Shown here piece by piece: positions 9,017-18,930 of a stretch of 64,000 nucleotides of DNA. A program made the position numbers and the translations under genes. Source of the stretch: an uncultured Kiritimatiellota bacterium (GTDB lineage Bacteria > Verrucomicrobiota > Kiritimatiellia > RFP12 > UBA1067); contig CAKTZA010000008.1 of assembly GCA_934635045.1 (NCBI GenBank), positions 17,788-81,787 of the forward strand. Reading direction: 5' to 3'. Position 1 is the stretch's first letter. Every line of letters starts with the position of its first letter. The notes under the pieces were generated by a model. That model was given only the letters and a program-made list of their open reading frames with translations, did not search any database and had not been told where the DNA came from.

Positions 9017-10830
9017 CGAAACTCGACGAGAAATGGAAACTCACGCGGGAGACGGTCGGCAACGGCCGTCTCTCCGTAATCATGCCCCTCTACCGGCTCG
9101 CCGACGAGGCCGAGGGGAACCTGCGCGCCGTCGCCGAGCTCTTCGAGCGGCATGGCGTCGAGACGGAGCTTGTGCCCGTCGATGACGGCAGCGACGACGG
9201 CACGGCCGAGATCCTGGCGCGCTTCAGCCTCGCGGGATTTGCGCACGTCACGCTGAAGCCGGTCGTCTGCCGTCGCAACGGCGGCAAGGGCGCCGCGCTC
9301 CGGGCCGGGTTCGAGGCGTCGACCGGGCGGTACGTGATGCTCCTCGACGGCGACCTCGACATCCAGCCGCAGCAGACGCCGCAGTTCTTCGAGCAGCTGG
9401 TCATGAAGGCGGCGGACGTCGTCGTCGGCTCCAAGCGCCATCCGCGCTCCGTCGTGCAGTACCCGTGGCACCGACGCATCCTGAGCGCCTGCTATTTCAT
9501 GTTCGTGCGTTTCGCGTTCGGGCTGAAGATCACCGACACGCAGACGGGCATGAAGCTCTTCCGGCGCGACGTCCTCGGCGCGGCGCTGGAGCGGATGCTC
9601 GTGAAGACGTACGCCTTCGACCTCGAACTGCTCGCCATCGCCGCGCAGCGGGGCGCGAAGATCGTCGAAGCGCCCGTCGTCATCAAGTTCGGCAACAAGT
9701 TCGGCGCGCTTTCGGGTGAGACCGTCTGCCGGATGGCGAAGGACACGCTGGCCGTCTTCTACCGGCTTCGGGTCCTCGACTACTATTCGAAGTGCCTCGT
9801 GCCGAAGAGGCTCGACCGCGATCCGCTCGTCACGGTCGTGATCGCCTGTCCGCAGCCGAGCTGGATGCTCGACGAGTGCCTTGCGGCGATCAGGGGCCAG
9901 AGCTATGCGAACTGGGAGGTCATCGTCCTGCCCGACGAACGGCCCGCTGGCGCGGCGGCGACCGACGACGCACGCATCCGCTACCTCCCGACGGGCAAGG
10001 TGCGCCCGGCCGAGAAGCGCAACCTCGGCATCCGCGCGGCGAGGGGCGAGATCGTCGCGTTCATCGACGACGACGCCTACCCCGACGCCCACTGGATCGA
10101 ATACGCCGTGAAGTACTTCGGCGAATGCGACATCGGCGCGGTGGGCGGCCCCGGCGTGACGCCGCCCGATGACCGATGGCTGGCCGCGCTCGGCGGCCGC
10201 GTCTACGACAGCTTCCTCGTCTCCGGCAACTACAACTACCGCTATCGCGCGGGCGGCGTGCGGAAGGACGTCGAGGACTATCCGAGCTGCAACCTCTTTG
10301 TGCGGAAGGACGTTCTCGACCGGATCGGCGGCTACCGCACGGACTTCTGGCCAGGCGAGGACACGCTGCTTTGCAAGGACATCCTCGACAGCTGGAAGCG
10401 CATCGTCTACGATCCGTGGGTGATCGTCTACCACCATCGGCGGCCGCTCTTCCTGCCGCACCTCCGGCAGCTGGGCCGCTACGGCTTTCACCGGGGCTAC
10501 TTCTGCAAGCGGTTCCCGTCGAACTCGCGGCGGCTCTCCTACTTCATTCCGACGCTCTTCGACGGCTATCTCGTCGGGCTTGCGCTGGTTGCGGGCGGCA
10601 CGGCGGCGGGGGGCCTCCCCGCGTCCGCGCTTGCCGTGTGCGGCGCGCCGCTGGCGCTCTACTTCGCCTTGGTGGCGGTCTCGTCGTTCAGCCTGCGGCC
10701 GGGCGACTGGGCGCTGACGGCGCTCGGCATCGTCGCGAGCCACGTCTGGTACGGCATCCAGTTCCTGCGCGGCCTGTGCGCCGACCATGCGCCGTGCGAA
10801 TACATCGGCAAGGACCATGCCCGCACATGA
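9013..10830 (+). CDS. Membrane-anchored glycosyltransferase with two tandem GT2 domains (dolichyl-phosphate-sugar-transferase-like)
   Basis: Two GT-A/GT2 modules: SVIMPLYR..VPVDDGSDDGT..LDGDLD and VTVVIACPQ..IVLPDE..AFIDDDAYPD. C-terminal hydrophobic helices. GTGA overlap with rplI, so the true start may be the internal Met near 9082. Confidence 0.6.
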   Translation: MTKLDEKWKLTRETVGNGRLSVIMPLYRLADEAEGNLRAVAELFERHGVETELVPVDDGSDDGTAEILARFSLAGFAHVTLKPVVCRRNGGKGAALRAGFEASTGRYVMLLDGDLDIQPQQTPQFFEQLVMKAADVVVGSKRHPRSVVQYPWHRRILSACYFMFVRFAFGLKITDTQTGMKLFRRDVLGAALERMLVKTYAFDLELLAIAAQRGAKIVEAPVVIKFGNKFGALSGETVCRMAKDTLAVFYRLRVLDYYSKCLVPKRLDRDPLVTVVIACPQPSWMLDECLAAIRGQSYANWEVIVLPDERPAGAAATDDARIRYLPTGKVRPAEKRNLGIRAARGEIVAFIDDDAYPDAHWIEYAVKYFGECDIGAVGGPGVTPPDDRWLAALGGRVYDSFLVSGNYNYRYRAGGVRKDVEDYPSCNLFVRKDVLDRIGGYRTDFWPGEDTLLCKDILDSWKRIVYDPWVIVYHHRRPLFLPHLRQLGRYGFHRGYFCKRFPSNSRRLSYFIPTLFDGYLVGLALVAGGTAAGGLPASALAVCGAPLALYFALVAVSSFSLRPGDWALTALGIVASHVWYGIQFLRGLCADHAPCEYIGKDHART

Positions 10831-10898
10831 AAGGACGTCCCTGCCCGAAGCCAGTTGTCCCCTGTCCTCAATCGAATTCAGAAAGGTAATCTGTTGAA

Positions 10899-11507
10899 AT
10901 GCGTGAACTCCTTTGGATTGTTGCGGCCTATCTCGTCGGCGGAATCCCGTTCGGCTACCTGATCGGACGCCTGCGCGGCGTGGACGTGCGGACGGTCGGC
11001 TCGAAGAACATCGGCGCGACGAACGTCTTCCGCACGGTCGGCAAGAAATGGGGGCTTCTCGCGTTCGCGTGCGATGTCCTGAAGGGGCTTCTGCCGACGC
11101 TCGCGGCGAAGGCGTACGGCGGCCCGGCGCTTTGGGTCGGCGTCGCGTGCGTCGTCGGCCACATGCTCACGCCCTACATGAGGTTCAAGGGCGGCAAGGG
11201 CGTGGCGACGGCGTTCGGCATGTTGATCGGCCTCATTCCCGGACTGGTCGGCGCGGCGTTCGCGCTTTTCGCGGTCGTCTTCGCCTGCTCGCACTACATT
11301 TCGCTCGGCAGTTGCTCGGCGGCCGCGTTCCTCGCGGTCGCGATCTGGTTTCCGGTGCTTGGCGCGGAGGGCGCGGCGAACCTGCCGCAGTGCGTACTCG
11401 TCACGCTGATTGCGCTCTTCGTCATCTGGAAGCACCGCGCGAACATTGTCCGCCTCGTGCGGGGCTCCGAGAACAAGATCTTCCTTTTCGGGAAAAGGGA
11501 ACGGTAG
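10899..11507 (+). CDS. plsY: Glycerol-3-phosphate acyltransferase PlsY
   Basis: LLWIVAAYLVGGIPFGYLIGR...GSKNIGATNVFRTVGKKWG..FKGGKGVAT hallmark PlsY motifs. Confidence 0.85.
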   Translation: MRELLWIVAAYLVGGIPFGYLIGRLRGVDVRTVGSKNIGATNVFRTVGKKWGLLAFACDVLKGLLPTLAAKAYGGPALWVGVACVVGHMLTPYMRFKGGKGVATAFGMLIGLIPGLVGAAFALFAVVFACSHYISLGSCSAAAFLAVAIWFPVLGAEGAANLPQCVLVTLIALFVIWKHRANIVRLVRGSENKIFLFGKRER

Positions 11508-11538
11508 GGTCGGCCTTGCTCCCGGCTGGACGCGCGCC

Positions 11539-13044
11539 ATGAATCTGTTCGCAGTCTCGTTCTTCGCCTTGGCGGCGACGTTCACGCGTCCGATGGAGCG
11601 TGTCTCGTCGCTGGATCCCGCCCAGTCGCGTTCGCTCTATGACGCGCATGCCATCGGGCTCCTCTACGAGATGCCGCTCGCGATCGACTACAAGGCGCGG
11701 CCCTATCGCCTGGTGCCCGGCTTCTGCGAATTGCCCGACGTCTCGGCGGACGGCCTTGTCTATACCTTTCGCGTGGCGCATTCGACGGGAGCGTTGACGG
11801 CGTTTGACGTCGTGCGGTCGCTGGAACGGTTGCGCGATCCGAACGCCGTCTCGCCGAACGGCTGGATCCTGAAGGACGTCGCGACGATTGCCGCGCCCGA
11901 TGCGCAGACGGTCGTCATCACGCTGAAGCGGCGCTGCCATTTCTTCCCGTGGCTCCTGTCGGTGCCGGCGACCGCTGTGCGCGGCCCGCAGGGTGAGGGG
12001 ACAGGCCCCTACACGCTCACGCGCTGGCGGAAGAACCACGAGATGGTGTTTGAGAGAAGAGGGAACGGGGAAGAGGGAATGGGGAACGGGGAACAGGGAA
12101 TGGGGTTTGATGTCGTCCGCTATTTGGTGGTTGACGACGTGTCGACGCAGTGGCTCATGTTCCTGAAGGGCGAGATCGATTTTCTCGGCGAGATCTCGCG
12201 CGACAACTGGGATTCGATTGTCGGCGCGGACGGACGGCTGGATCCGGCACTGTCGGCGCAGGGCGTGAAGCTGCATTCGATTGCCGCGCTTGACGTGCTG
12301 TACGTCGGCATCAACATGCGCGATCCTGTGCTGGGGCCGAACCGCAAGCTGCGGCAGGCGCTGAACGCGGCGTTCGATTCCGCCGCTTGGGAGAAGTTCT
12401 ACAACGGACGCATCCAGCGCGGCGACGGACCCGTGCCGCCAGGCGTCGAGGGACGGCTGGAGACGCCGTTTCCCTACGCTTTCGACCTCGGCAAGGCGCG
12501 GCGACTCATGGTCGAGGCGGGCTATCCGGGCGGCATCGACCCGCAGACGGGGCGGCGGCTCGTGCTGACGCTTTCGATTGGACGCGCCTCGCAGGAGAGC
12601 CGCGAGGCGGCCGAGCTGATGGCGGCGTTCTACGAGCGGATTGGCGTGAAGCTCGAATGTGACTTCAAGACGTGGGACGCCTTCCTCAAGGCGACGGGCG
12701 AAGGGCGCGTCCAGATGTTTCGCATGGGCTGGGTCGGCGACTATCCCGACGCGCAGAACTTCCTGCAGCTCTTCTACTCGAAGAACCTCGCGCCGGGGCC
12801 GAACCGCGCGGCCTACGTCAACGCGGCGTTCGACCGCGCCTACGAGGCCGCGCTGGCCGCGCCGACGGCCGCCGAGCGGAACGCGCACTGGGCGAAATGC
12901 CAGGAGATTGTCCGTGAGGACTGCCCGTGGATTTTCACGCACTACAACCGGGCGTATTCGCTGACGCGCCCGAACGTCGGCAACTACGTGCCGACCGATT
13001 TTCCATACGGAGTTGAACAGTACTATGAAAACGTTGTACCTTGA
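11539..13044 (+). CDS. ABC transporter substrate-binding protein, family 5 (peptide/nickel/oligosaccharide type)
   Basis: Signal peptide MNLFAVSFFALAA. SBP_bac_5-like architecture (YRLVPGF...; ...MFRMGWVGDYPDAQNF...). Carries an in-frame purine-rich insert at 12052..12106. Confidence 0.6.
   Translation: MNLFAVSFFALAATFTRPMERVSSLDPAQSRSLYDAHAIGLLYEMPLAIDYKARPYRLVPGFCELPDVSADGLVYTFRVAHSTGALTAFDVVRSLERLRDPNAVSPNGWILKDVATIAAPDAQTVVITLKRRCHFFPWLLSVPATAVRGPQGEGTGPYTLTRWRKNHEMVFERRGNGEEGMGNGEQGMGFDVVRYLVVDDVSTQWLMFLKGEIDFLGEISRDNWDSIVGADGRLDPALSAQGVKLHSIAALDVLYVGINMRDPVLGPNRKLRQALNAAFDSAAWEKFYNGRIQRGDGPVPPGVEGRLETPFPYAFDLGKARRLMVEAGYPGGIDPQTGRRLVLTLSIGRASQESREAAELMAAFYERIGVKLECDFKTWDAFLKATGEGRVQMFRMGWVGDYPDAQNFLQLFYSKNLAPGPNRAAYVNAAFDRAYEAALAAPTAAERNAHWAKCQEIVREDCPWIFTHYNRAYSLTRPNVGNYVPTDFPYGVEQYYENVVP
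12052..12106 (+). repeat. Polypurine GGAA/GGGA-rich tract inserted in frame (encodes ERRGNGEEGMGNGEQGMG)
   Basis: gagagaagagggaacggggaagagggaatggggaacggggaacagggaatgggg inside the SBP gene. Complementary pyrimidine versions occur at 51356..51410 and 59037..59082. Confidence 0.6.
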
Positions 13045-13618
13045 GCGTTCGACCGGATCTGTCCGCGACGGCAATTGGATCGCCTCGCTGGAACTCGACG
13101 GCGTCGAGCGGATTGTCGTGGGGACAGGCCCCGGCTCGTTCGCCGGCATCCGGGCGGCCCTTGCCTTTGCGCAGGGGTTCGCCTTGGGGCGTCCCTGCGA
13201 GGTCTTGGGGCTGCCGTCGCCCTGCGCAATCGCCGCCCAGCTGGGCGGAAAGGGGCCGCTCGCCGTCATTGGCGATGCGCGGCGCGGCAAGCTTTGGATT
13301 TCGCTATTTGACGGTTTTTCGCTTGTTCGCGACATTTTTCAAATCGATTCGGGCGTTTCTGTGGGGCCTGTCCCCACAATTTCGGGGTCTGTCCCCAGGG
13401 ATTTGTCTGAAGTTCTGGTGGGGTCTGTCCCCACGGATTGTCGGGTTGTGACGCCGGACGAGGCGCGCATCGGCGCGATGCTGAAGGCGGCGTTTGGTGC
13501 GCGCTACCTTGGGGGACAGACCCCGACGGCTGAAGGGCTGAGGGCTTTTGCCGAGGCGAATCCGTCGCTCCTGACGCCGGAGCCCCGGCCGATCTACCTG
13601 AATCCGGCTGTCCGCTAA
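13013..13618 (+). CDS. tsaB: tRNA threonylcarbamoyladenosine biosynthesis protein TsaB (YeaZ family)
   Basis: GTGPGSFAGIRAALAFAQGFALGRPCEVLGL typical of TsaB. Start is TTG 13013 or ATG 13025. Contains an in-frame repeat array at 13363..13442. Confidence 0.65.
   Translation: MNSTMKTLYLERSTGSVRDGNWIASLELDGVERIVVGTGPGSFAGIRAALAFAQGFALGRPCEVLGLPSPCAIAAQLGGKGPLAVIGDARRGKLWISLFDGFSLVRDIFQIDSGVSVGPVPTISGSVPRDLSEVLVGSVPTDCRVVTPDEARIGAMLKAAFGARYLGGQTPTAEGLRAFAEANPSLLTPEPRPIYLNPAVR
13363..13442 (+). repeat. Array A: three GGGGYCTGTCCCC 13-mers with 8-33 bp spacers, in frame inside tsaB
   Basis: ggggcctgtcccc at 13363, ggggtctgtcccc at 13384 and 13430. Translated as GPVP/GSVP. A fourth inverted unit ggggacagacccc lies at 13512..13524. 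Confidence 0.85.
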
Positions 13619-13640
13619 TTTGCTATAATACGCACTACCT

Positions 13641-15359
13641 ATGAACGAATCAGACACGTCTCGTCACTTCCTCAGGCAGTGGATCGAAAAGGACGTCGCC
13701 GACGGCAAGACCGGCGGCAAGGTCGTCACGCGCTTCCCGCCTGAGCCCAACGGCTACATCCACATCGGCCACGCGAAGGCCGTGTGCGTCGATTTCGGCA
13801 TGGCGCAGCTCTTCGGCGGCGAGTGCCACCTGCGGCTGGACGACACGAACCCGACGAAGGAGTCCGACGAGTACGCCGAGAACATCAAGCGCGACATCAA
13901 CTGGCTCGGCTTCCAGTGGAGCGGCCCCGGCGACGCGGGCGAGCCCGGCTTCTACAACGCCTCGAACATGTTCGACACGATGTTCGCGATCGCCGAGGAG
14001 CTGATCCGGCGCGGGCAGGCCTACTGCTGCAACCTGACGCAGGAGGAGTGGAAGGCGTATCGCGGCGTCCCGGAACGGCCGGGCACGCCCTCGCCCTCGC
14101 GCGACACCGACCCGGCGCGGAACCTCCGGATCTTCCACGAGATGCGCGACGGCAAGTACGCTGACGGCGAATGGTGCCTGCGCGCGAAGATCGACATGGC
14201 CTCGCCGAACATCCATTTCCGCGACCCGGTCCTCTACCGCATCCGCCACGTCGCGCACTACCACCTCGGCGACAAGTGGTGCGTCTACCCGATGTACGAC
14301 TTTGCGCATCCGATCGAGGACGCGCTGGAGGGCGTCACGCACTCGATGTGCACGCTGGAGTTCGAGGTGCACCGTCCGCTCTACGACTGGGTCGTCGACC
14401 GCATGGACGAGCAGGGGCTTCTGCCGGTGCGCAACGGCGTCAAGATCCGCACGCAGCAGCGCGAGTTCGCGCGTCTCAACCTCACGTACACGGTGATGTC
14501 GAAGCGCCTCCTGCTCCAGATGGTGCAGGACGGGCGCGTCAACGGCTGGGACGACCCCCGCATGCCGACGGTGTGCGGGATGCGCCGGCGCGGCTACACG
14601 CCGGGGGCGATCCGCGAGTTCTGCGACCGCATCGGCGTCTCGAAGGTCGAGAGCGAGTCGGATCCCGCGCTCCTCGAATGGTGCGTGCGCGAGGAGCTGA
14701 ACCGGACGGCGACGCGCCGCATGGCCGTCCTCGATCCCGTGAAGGTCGTGATCGACAACTGGGAGCCGTCGGCGCGCCGCCTGGTCGAGTTGCCGAACAA
14801 TCCGACGGACGAGACGGCCGGGACGCGGCAGGTCGCGTTCGGAAGGGAGATCTGGATCGACCGTGCGGACTTCATGGAGGTGCCGGAGAAGAAGTTCTTC
14901 CGCATGGCGCCGGGGCAGGAGGTGCGTCTCCGGGGTGCCTGCATCTTCAGGTGCACGGACTGCGTCAAGGACGCGGACGGCGCGGTCGTCGAGATCCACG
15001 GCACGTGGGACGAGGCGTCGTGGGGCGGCAACGCGGCGGACGGCCGCAAGGTGAAGGGGACAATCCACTGGGTCGACTGCGCGACGGGCGTCAAGGCCGA
15101 AGTGCGCCTCTACGACCGCCTCTTCACGGAGAAGGATCCGCTGAAGGACGGCAGCGAGAACTTCCTGAAGTATCTCAACCCCGATTCGCTCAAGGTCGTG
15201 ACGGGCTACGTCGAGCCGGCGCTCGGCGCGGCGCAGGCGAACGAACACTTCCAGTTCGAGCGCACGGGCTACTTCATCGCGGATGCGGTGGACTCGAAGC
15301 CGGGCGCGCCCGTCTTCAACCGCACCTGCACGCTCAAGGACTCCTACAAGCCCGCGTAG
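13641..15359 (+). CDS. glnS: Glutamine--tRNA ligase
   Basis: TRFPPEPNGYIHIGHAKA (HIGH) and VMSKR (KMSKS) class-I motifs. GlnRS-specific N-terminal signature. TGCTATAAT box 11 nt upstream of the ATG. Confidence 0.85.
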   Translation: MNESDTSRHFLRQWIEKDVADGKTGGKVVTRFPPEPNGYIHIGHAKAVCVDFGMAQLFGGECHLRLDDTNPTKESDEYAENIKRDINWLGFQWSGPGDAGEPGFYNASNMFDTMFAIAEELIRRGQAYCCNLTQEEWKAYRGVPERPGTPSPSRDTDPARNLRIFHEMRDGKYADGEWCLRAKIDMASPNIHFRDPVLYRIRHVAHYHLGDKWCVYPMYDFAHPIEDALEGVTHSMCTLEFEVHRPLYDWVVDRMDEQGLLPVRNGVKIRTQQREFARLNLTYTVMSKRLLLQMVQDGRVNGWDDPRMPTVCGMRRRGYTPGAIREFCDRIGVSKVESESDPALLEWCVREELNRTATRRMAVLDPVKVVIDNWEPSARRLVELPNNPTDETAGTRQVAFGREIWIDRADFMEVPEKKFFRMAPGQEVRLRGACIFRCTDCVKDADGAVVEIHGTWDEASWGGNAADGRKVKGTIHWVDCATGVKAEVRLYDRLFTEKDPLKDGSENFLKYLNPDSLKVVTGYVEPALGAAQANEHFQFERTGYFIADAVDSKPGAPVFNRTCTLKDSYKPA

Positions 15360-15374
15360 GCGACGGAGGCGGCG

Positions 15375-16754
15375 ATGCGTCAGATGTCGCTGATCGAGGG
15401 GGCGTTGGCGGACGGCGAGAACGCCGCGCCGGAGCCGTTGGCCGCGCGGATGCGTCCGCGCGACCTGTCGGAGTTCGTCGGCCAGGAGCATCTGGTCGGC
15501 GAAGGCAAGCTGCTGCGGCAAATGATCGAGCGCGACCAGATTCCGTCGATGATCCTCTGGGGGCCGCCCGGCGTCGGCAAGACGACGCTCGCGAACGTGA
15601 TCGCGAACCTGACGAAGGCCGAGTTCGTCAACTACTCGGCCGTGACGAGCGGCATCAAGGAGATCAAGGAAATCATGGCGCGCGCCGAGTCTGGCCGCCG
15701 CGTCGGCATTCGCACCGTCCTCTTCGTGGACGAGATTCACCGCTTCAACAAGGCGCAGCAGGACGCCTTTCTGCCGTTCGTCGAGCAGGGCTCGATCATC
15801 CTCATTGGCGCGACGACGGAGAACCCGAGCTTCGAGGTCAACTCCGCGCTCCTTTCGCGGTGCAAGGTGTTCGTCCTGAAGGGGCTGACCGAAGACGACC
15901 TCGTGCGCCTCCTGCGCCGCGCGCTCACGTCTGAGCGCGGCTTCGGCAAGCTGGACGTGCAGGCGAGCGACGAGACGTTGCGCAAGATCGCGGTCTACGC
16001 GAACGGCGACGCGCGTCACGCGCTCGGCACGCTGGAGACGGCGGTCGCGAACGCGGCGTTCGGGGCGGACGGACGGCCCGCGATTACGGAGGACGTCCTC
16101 TCGCAGGTCGTGAGCCGCAAGGCGCTCCTCTACGACAAGAACGGCGAAGAGCACTACAACATCATTTCGGCCCTGCACAAGTCGATGCGCAACTCCGATC
16201 CGGACGCGGCGGTCTACTGGCTCGCGCGCATGCTGGAGGGCGGGGAGGATCCGCTCTACATCGCGCGGCGGTGCGTCCGCTTCGCGAGCGAGGACGTGGG
16301 GCTCGCCGACCCGAACGCGCTTCTGCTCGCGAACGCCGTCTGGGACGCCTGCCACAATCTCGGCGTGCCGGAATGCAGCGTGCACCTGACGCAGATTGTC
16401 GTCTACCTTGCGCTTGCCCCGAAGTCGAACGCGATGGAGGAGGCGTACAACCGGGCGGCGGCGGACGCGCAGAAGATGATGGCCGAGCCGGTGCCGCTGC
16501 AGATCCGCAATGCGCCGACGCGGCTCATGAAGAGCCTTGACTACGGCAAGGGCTACGTCTACGCGCACGACACGGACGAGAAGATCGCGCGGATGTCATG
16601 TCTGCCCGAGTCGCTGGAGGGGCGGCGCTACTACACGCCGACGGGGCTTGGCCGCGAGGCGAACCTGAAGGCGCGGTTGGAGGCCGTCCGCGCCTGGCGC
16701 GAGGGCCGCACGGACACGCCGCCGTTCGCCTCGCCCGCCTACGCGACGCGCTGA
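15375..16754 (+). CDS. rarA: Replication-associated recombination protein A (AAA+ ATPase RarA/MgsA)
   Basis: ILWGPPGVGKTTLA Walker A, LFVDEIHRFNKAQQD, MgsA C-terminal domain. Confidence 0.85.
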   Translation: MRQMSLIEGALADGENAAPEPLAARMRPRDLSEFVGQEHLVGEGKLLRQMIERDQIPSMILWGPPGVGKTTLANVIANLTKAEFVNYSAVTSGIKEIKEIMARAESGRRVGIRTVLFVDEIHRFNKAQQDAFLPFVEQGSIILIGATTENPSFEVNSALLSRCKVFVLKGLTEDDLVRLLRRALTSERGFGKLDVQASDETLRKIAVYANGDARHALGTLETAVANAAFGADGRPAITEDVLSQVVSRKALLYDKNGEEHYNIISALHKSMRNSDPDAAVYWLARMLEGGEDPLYIARRCVRFASEDVGLADPNALLLANAVWDACHNLGVPECSVHLTQIVVYLALAPKSNAMEEAYNRAAADAQKMMAEPVPLQIRNAPTRLMKSLDYGKGYVYAHDTDEKIARMSCLPESLEGRRYYTPTGLGREANLKARLEAVRAWREGRTDTPPFASPAYATR

Positions 16755-16806
16755 CGGCGGCGGTCGCGGCGAAAACCGCATCCGCGTTTTTGCTATAATA
16801 TCCGCC

Positions 16807-17946
16807 ATGAAGATCAGCAAGTATTCGTTCGGCATCGGCGACCGCTTCGCGCACGAGGGCGTCAACCAGCTCAAGGCGCTCATTGCGGCGGAAAAGAAGT
16901 TCGGCGTGCACTTCACGCCCGTCTGGAACAAGTCCAACCGCGAGCACACGATCATCGGCACCGAGCCGATGTCCACGCGCCAGGAGGCGGACGCGGCGGT
17001 GCGGGCGCTCGGCTATGCGGACGCCTACTTCTGCGACGCCGACCACATCAACATCTCGAACGTCGACAGGTTCCTGGACGCCTGCGACTTCTTCACGCTC
17101 GACGTCGCCGACTACATTGGCAAGGAGGGATCGGTCGCGGAACGCTACGACGGCGCGATCCGCAAGGCCGGCGAGCTCTACCGCTACATTGCCGCGAAGA
17201 AGGGCGCGGAGAACTTCGTGACCGAAGTCTCGATGGACGAGGTCGACCGCGCGCAGACGCCGGAGGAGGTGAAGTACATCCTCACGAAGATCGCCGAGGA
17301 GAAGATTCCCGTGCAGACCTTCGCGCCGAAGTTCACGGGCCGCTTCAACAAGGGCGTCGACTACGTCGGCGACCTCGACCGGTTCGCGCAGGAGTTCGAG
17401 GAGGACCTCAAGGTCATCCGGTGGGCGGTGCAGGAGCTCGGCCTGCCCGACAACCTCAAGCTCTCGATCCACTCCGGCTCCGACAAGTTCTCGATCTACC
17501 CGATCATGGGCCGGCTCATCCGCCAGTACGACATGGGCCTCCACATCAAGACGGCGGGCACGACGTGGCTGGAGGAGATCATCGGCCTCGCGCTCGCCGA
17601 CCCGGCGGCGCTGAAGCTCGCGAAGCGGATCTACCGCGAGGCGCGGGCGCGCAAGGACGAGCTGACCGTGCCCTACGCGACCGTCATCGACGTCGACGAG
17701 GCGAAGCTGCCCGACCCGGACGCCGTGGACGGCTGGAACGCGCAGACGTTCGCGAAGACGCTCCGCCATGACGAGGCCGAGCCGCTCTACAACCCGTCGT
17801 TCCGCCAGCTGATCCACGTGTCCTTCAAGGTCGCGGCGGAGCTGAAGGACGAGTACATTCCCGCGCTCGAGCGCAGCGCCGACGTGATCGGCCGCGAGAT
17901 CGAGGCGAATCTCGGCGACCGCCACATCCGGCGGCTCTTCGCGTGA
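16807..17946 (+). CDS. uxaE: Tagaturonate/fructuronate epimerase UxaE-like protein
   Basis: LSIHSGSDKFSIYP and IKTAGTTWLEE segments resemble the UxaE family from memory. TIM-barrel-like. TGCTATAAT 7 nt before the ATG, so leaderless-type start. Confidence 0.45.
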   Translation: MKISKYSFGIGDRFAHEGVNQLKALIAAEKKFGVHFTPVWNKSNREHTIIGTEPMSTRQEADAAVRALGYADAYFCDADHINISNVDRFLDACDFFTLDVADYIGKEGSVAERYDGAIRKAGELYRYIAAKKGAENFVTEVSMDEVDRAQTPEEVKYILTKIAEEKIPVQTFAPKFTGRFNKGVDYVGDLDRFAQEFEEDLKVIRWAVQELGLPDNLKLSIHSGSDKFSIYPIMGRLIRQYDMGLHIKTAGTTWLEEIIGLALADPAALKLAKRIYREARARKDELTVPYATVIDVDEAKLPDPDAVDGWNAQTFAKTLRHDEAEPLYNPSFRQLIHVSFKVAAELKDEYIPALERSADVIGREIEANLGDRHIRRLFA

Positions 17947-18854
17947 AGCGTCCCGACCCCGAGACGATCGGCGCGCGGATGGACGCCCTGGGGCTCTGGG
18001 ACGTCCTCGTGCCCTACAACTTCGCCGTGAAGCCGCGCGGCACGGTCTTCCCGTACTTCTGCACGGTGCTGAAGGGCGACCAGAAGCCCGTGAAGGCGCG
18101 CCTCCTCATGCTGGAGGGCTGGCAGACCCTGCACGACTTCGTGCGTGTGCGGATGGATCGCAATTTCGGGTTCTATTCGCAGCCGATCGAGTTCCCGCAC
18201 TTCGAGCTCGTCGTGCTGACGGACGGCGCCGTCAAGGTCTTCCGCGACGATGCGGGCTACATGCCGCAGGAAGTCGTCTCGGCGTCGGCGCGCGAACTGG
18301 TCGCGAAGATCCTCTGGGAGGCCTACGGCGTCTTCCTGCGCGTCGAGGGCGACCGCGCGCTGCCGCTCAAGTTCGCGGGCGACCGCGCCGTCTTCGCGCG
18401 CGTCGAGGACGCGCAGGGGCAGTGGTCGGACGTGCCGCTGGCGATTCCCGACCCGCCGCCGCACAAGGAGACGGTCACGCTGCCGAAAGAGCTCATCAAG
18501 TCGGCGCAGGACCTGCCGCTCGTCGCGGCGGACGCGCTGGAGCTCGACTTTAGGATGCTGCCGAACGTCATGACGCAGGAGCCGCGTCCGCGCTGCGTCT
18601 ACGAGCTGGCGGCGGCGGACGGCCAGACGGGCGAGAGGGCGTTCGCGAGCCGCGTGTCGCTCCTGCCCGAGGGCGGGCTGCGCGCGCTCTGGGAGTCGAT
18701 GCCCGTGCAGGTTCTGCACGAGATCGTCCGGCGCGGCAAGGTGCCGGGCGAGATCCGCGTCCGCGCCGGTCGCGTCTTCCGCCTGCTGCGTCCGCTCTGC
18801 CTGGAACTGCCGTTCAAGCTTTCGCTGCACGAGCGGCTCGAATTTTTGGTATAA
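17943..18854 (+). CDS. Hypothetical protein (no recognisable domain)
   Basis: GTGA overlap with uxaE. GC3-rich codon usage consistent with the host. No motif recognised. Confidence 0.4.
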   Translation: MKRPDPETIGARMDALGLWDVLVPYNFAVKPRGTVFPYFCTVLKGDQKPVKARLLMLEGWQTLHDFVRVRMDRNFGFYSQPIEFPHFELVVLTDGAVKVFRDDAGYMPQEVVSASARELVAKILWEAYGVFLRVEGDRALPLKFAGDRAVFARVEDAQGQWSDVPLAIPDPPPHKETVTLPKELIKSAQDLPLVAADALELDFRMLPNVMTQEPRPRCVYELAAADGQTGERAFASRVSLLPEGGLRALWESMPVQVLHEIVRRGKVPGEIRVRAGRVFRLLRPLCLELPFKLSLHERLEFLV

Positions 18855-18855
18855 T
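18850..18855 (+). promoter_or_regulatory. -10 box of TTTTTGGTATAAT promoter for metK (about 75-nt leader)
   Basis: Extended -10 consensus. Leader 18856..18930 is structured and GC-rich. Confidence 0.45.
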
Positions 18856-18930
18856 ATCCGTCACTCATTTCAGTCTGTGACGATTCGGCGGGGTGCCGGA
18901 CGTGTGACGGGCGAGAAAAGTCTACAGGGA

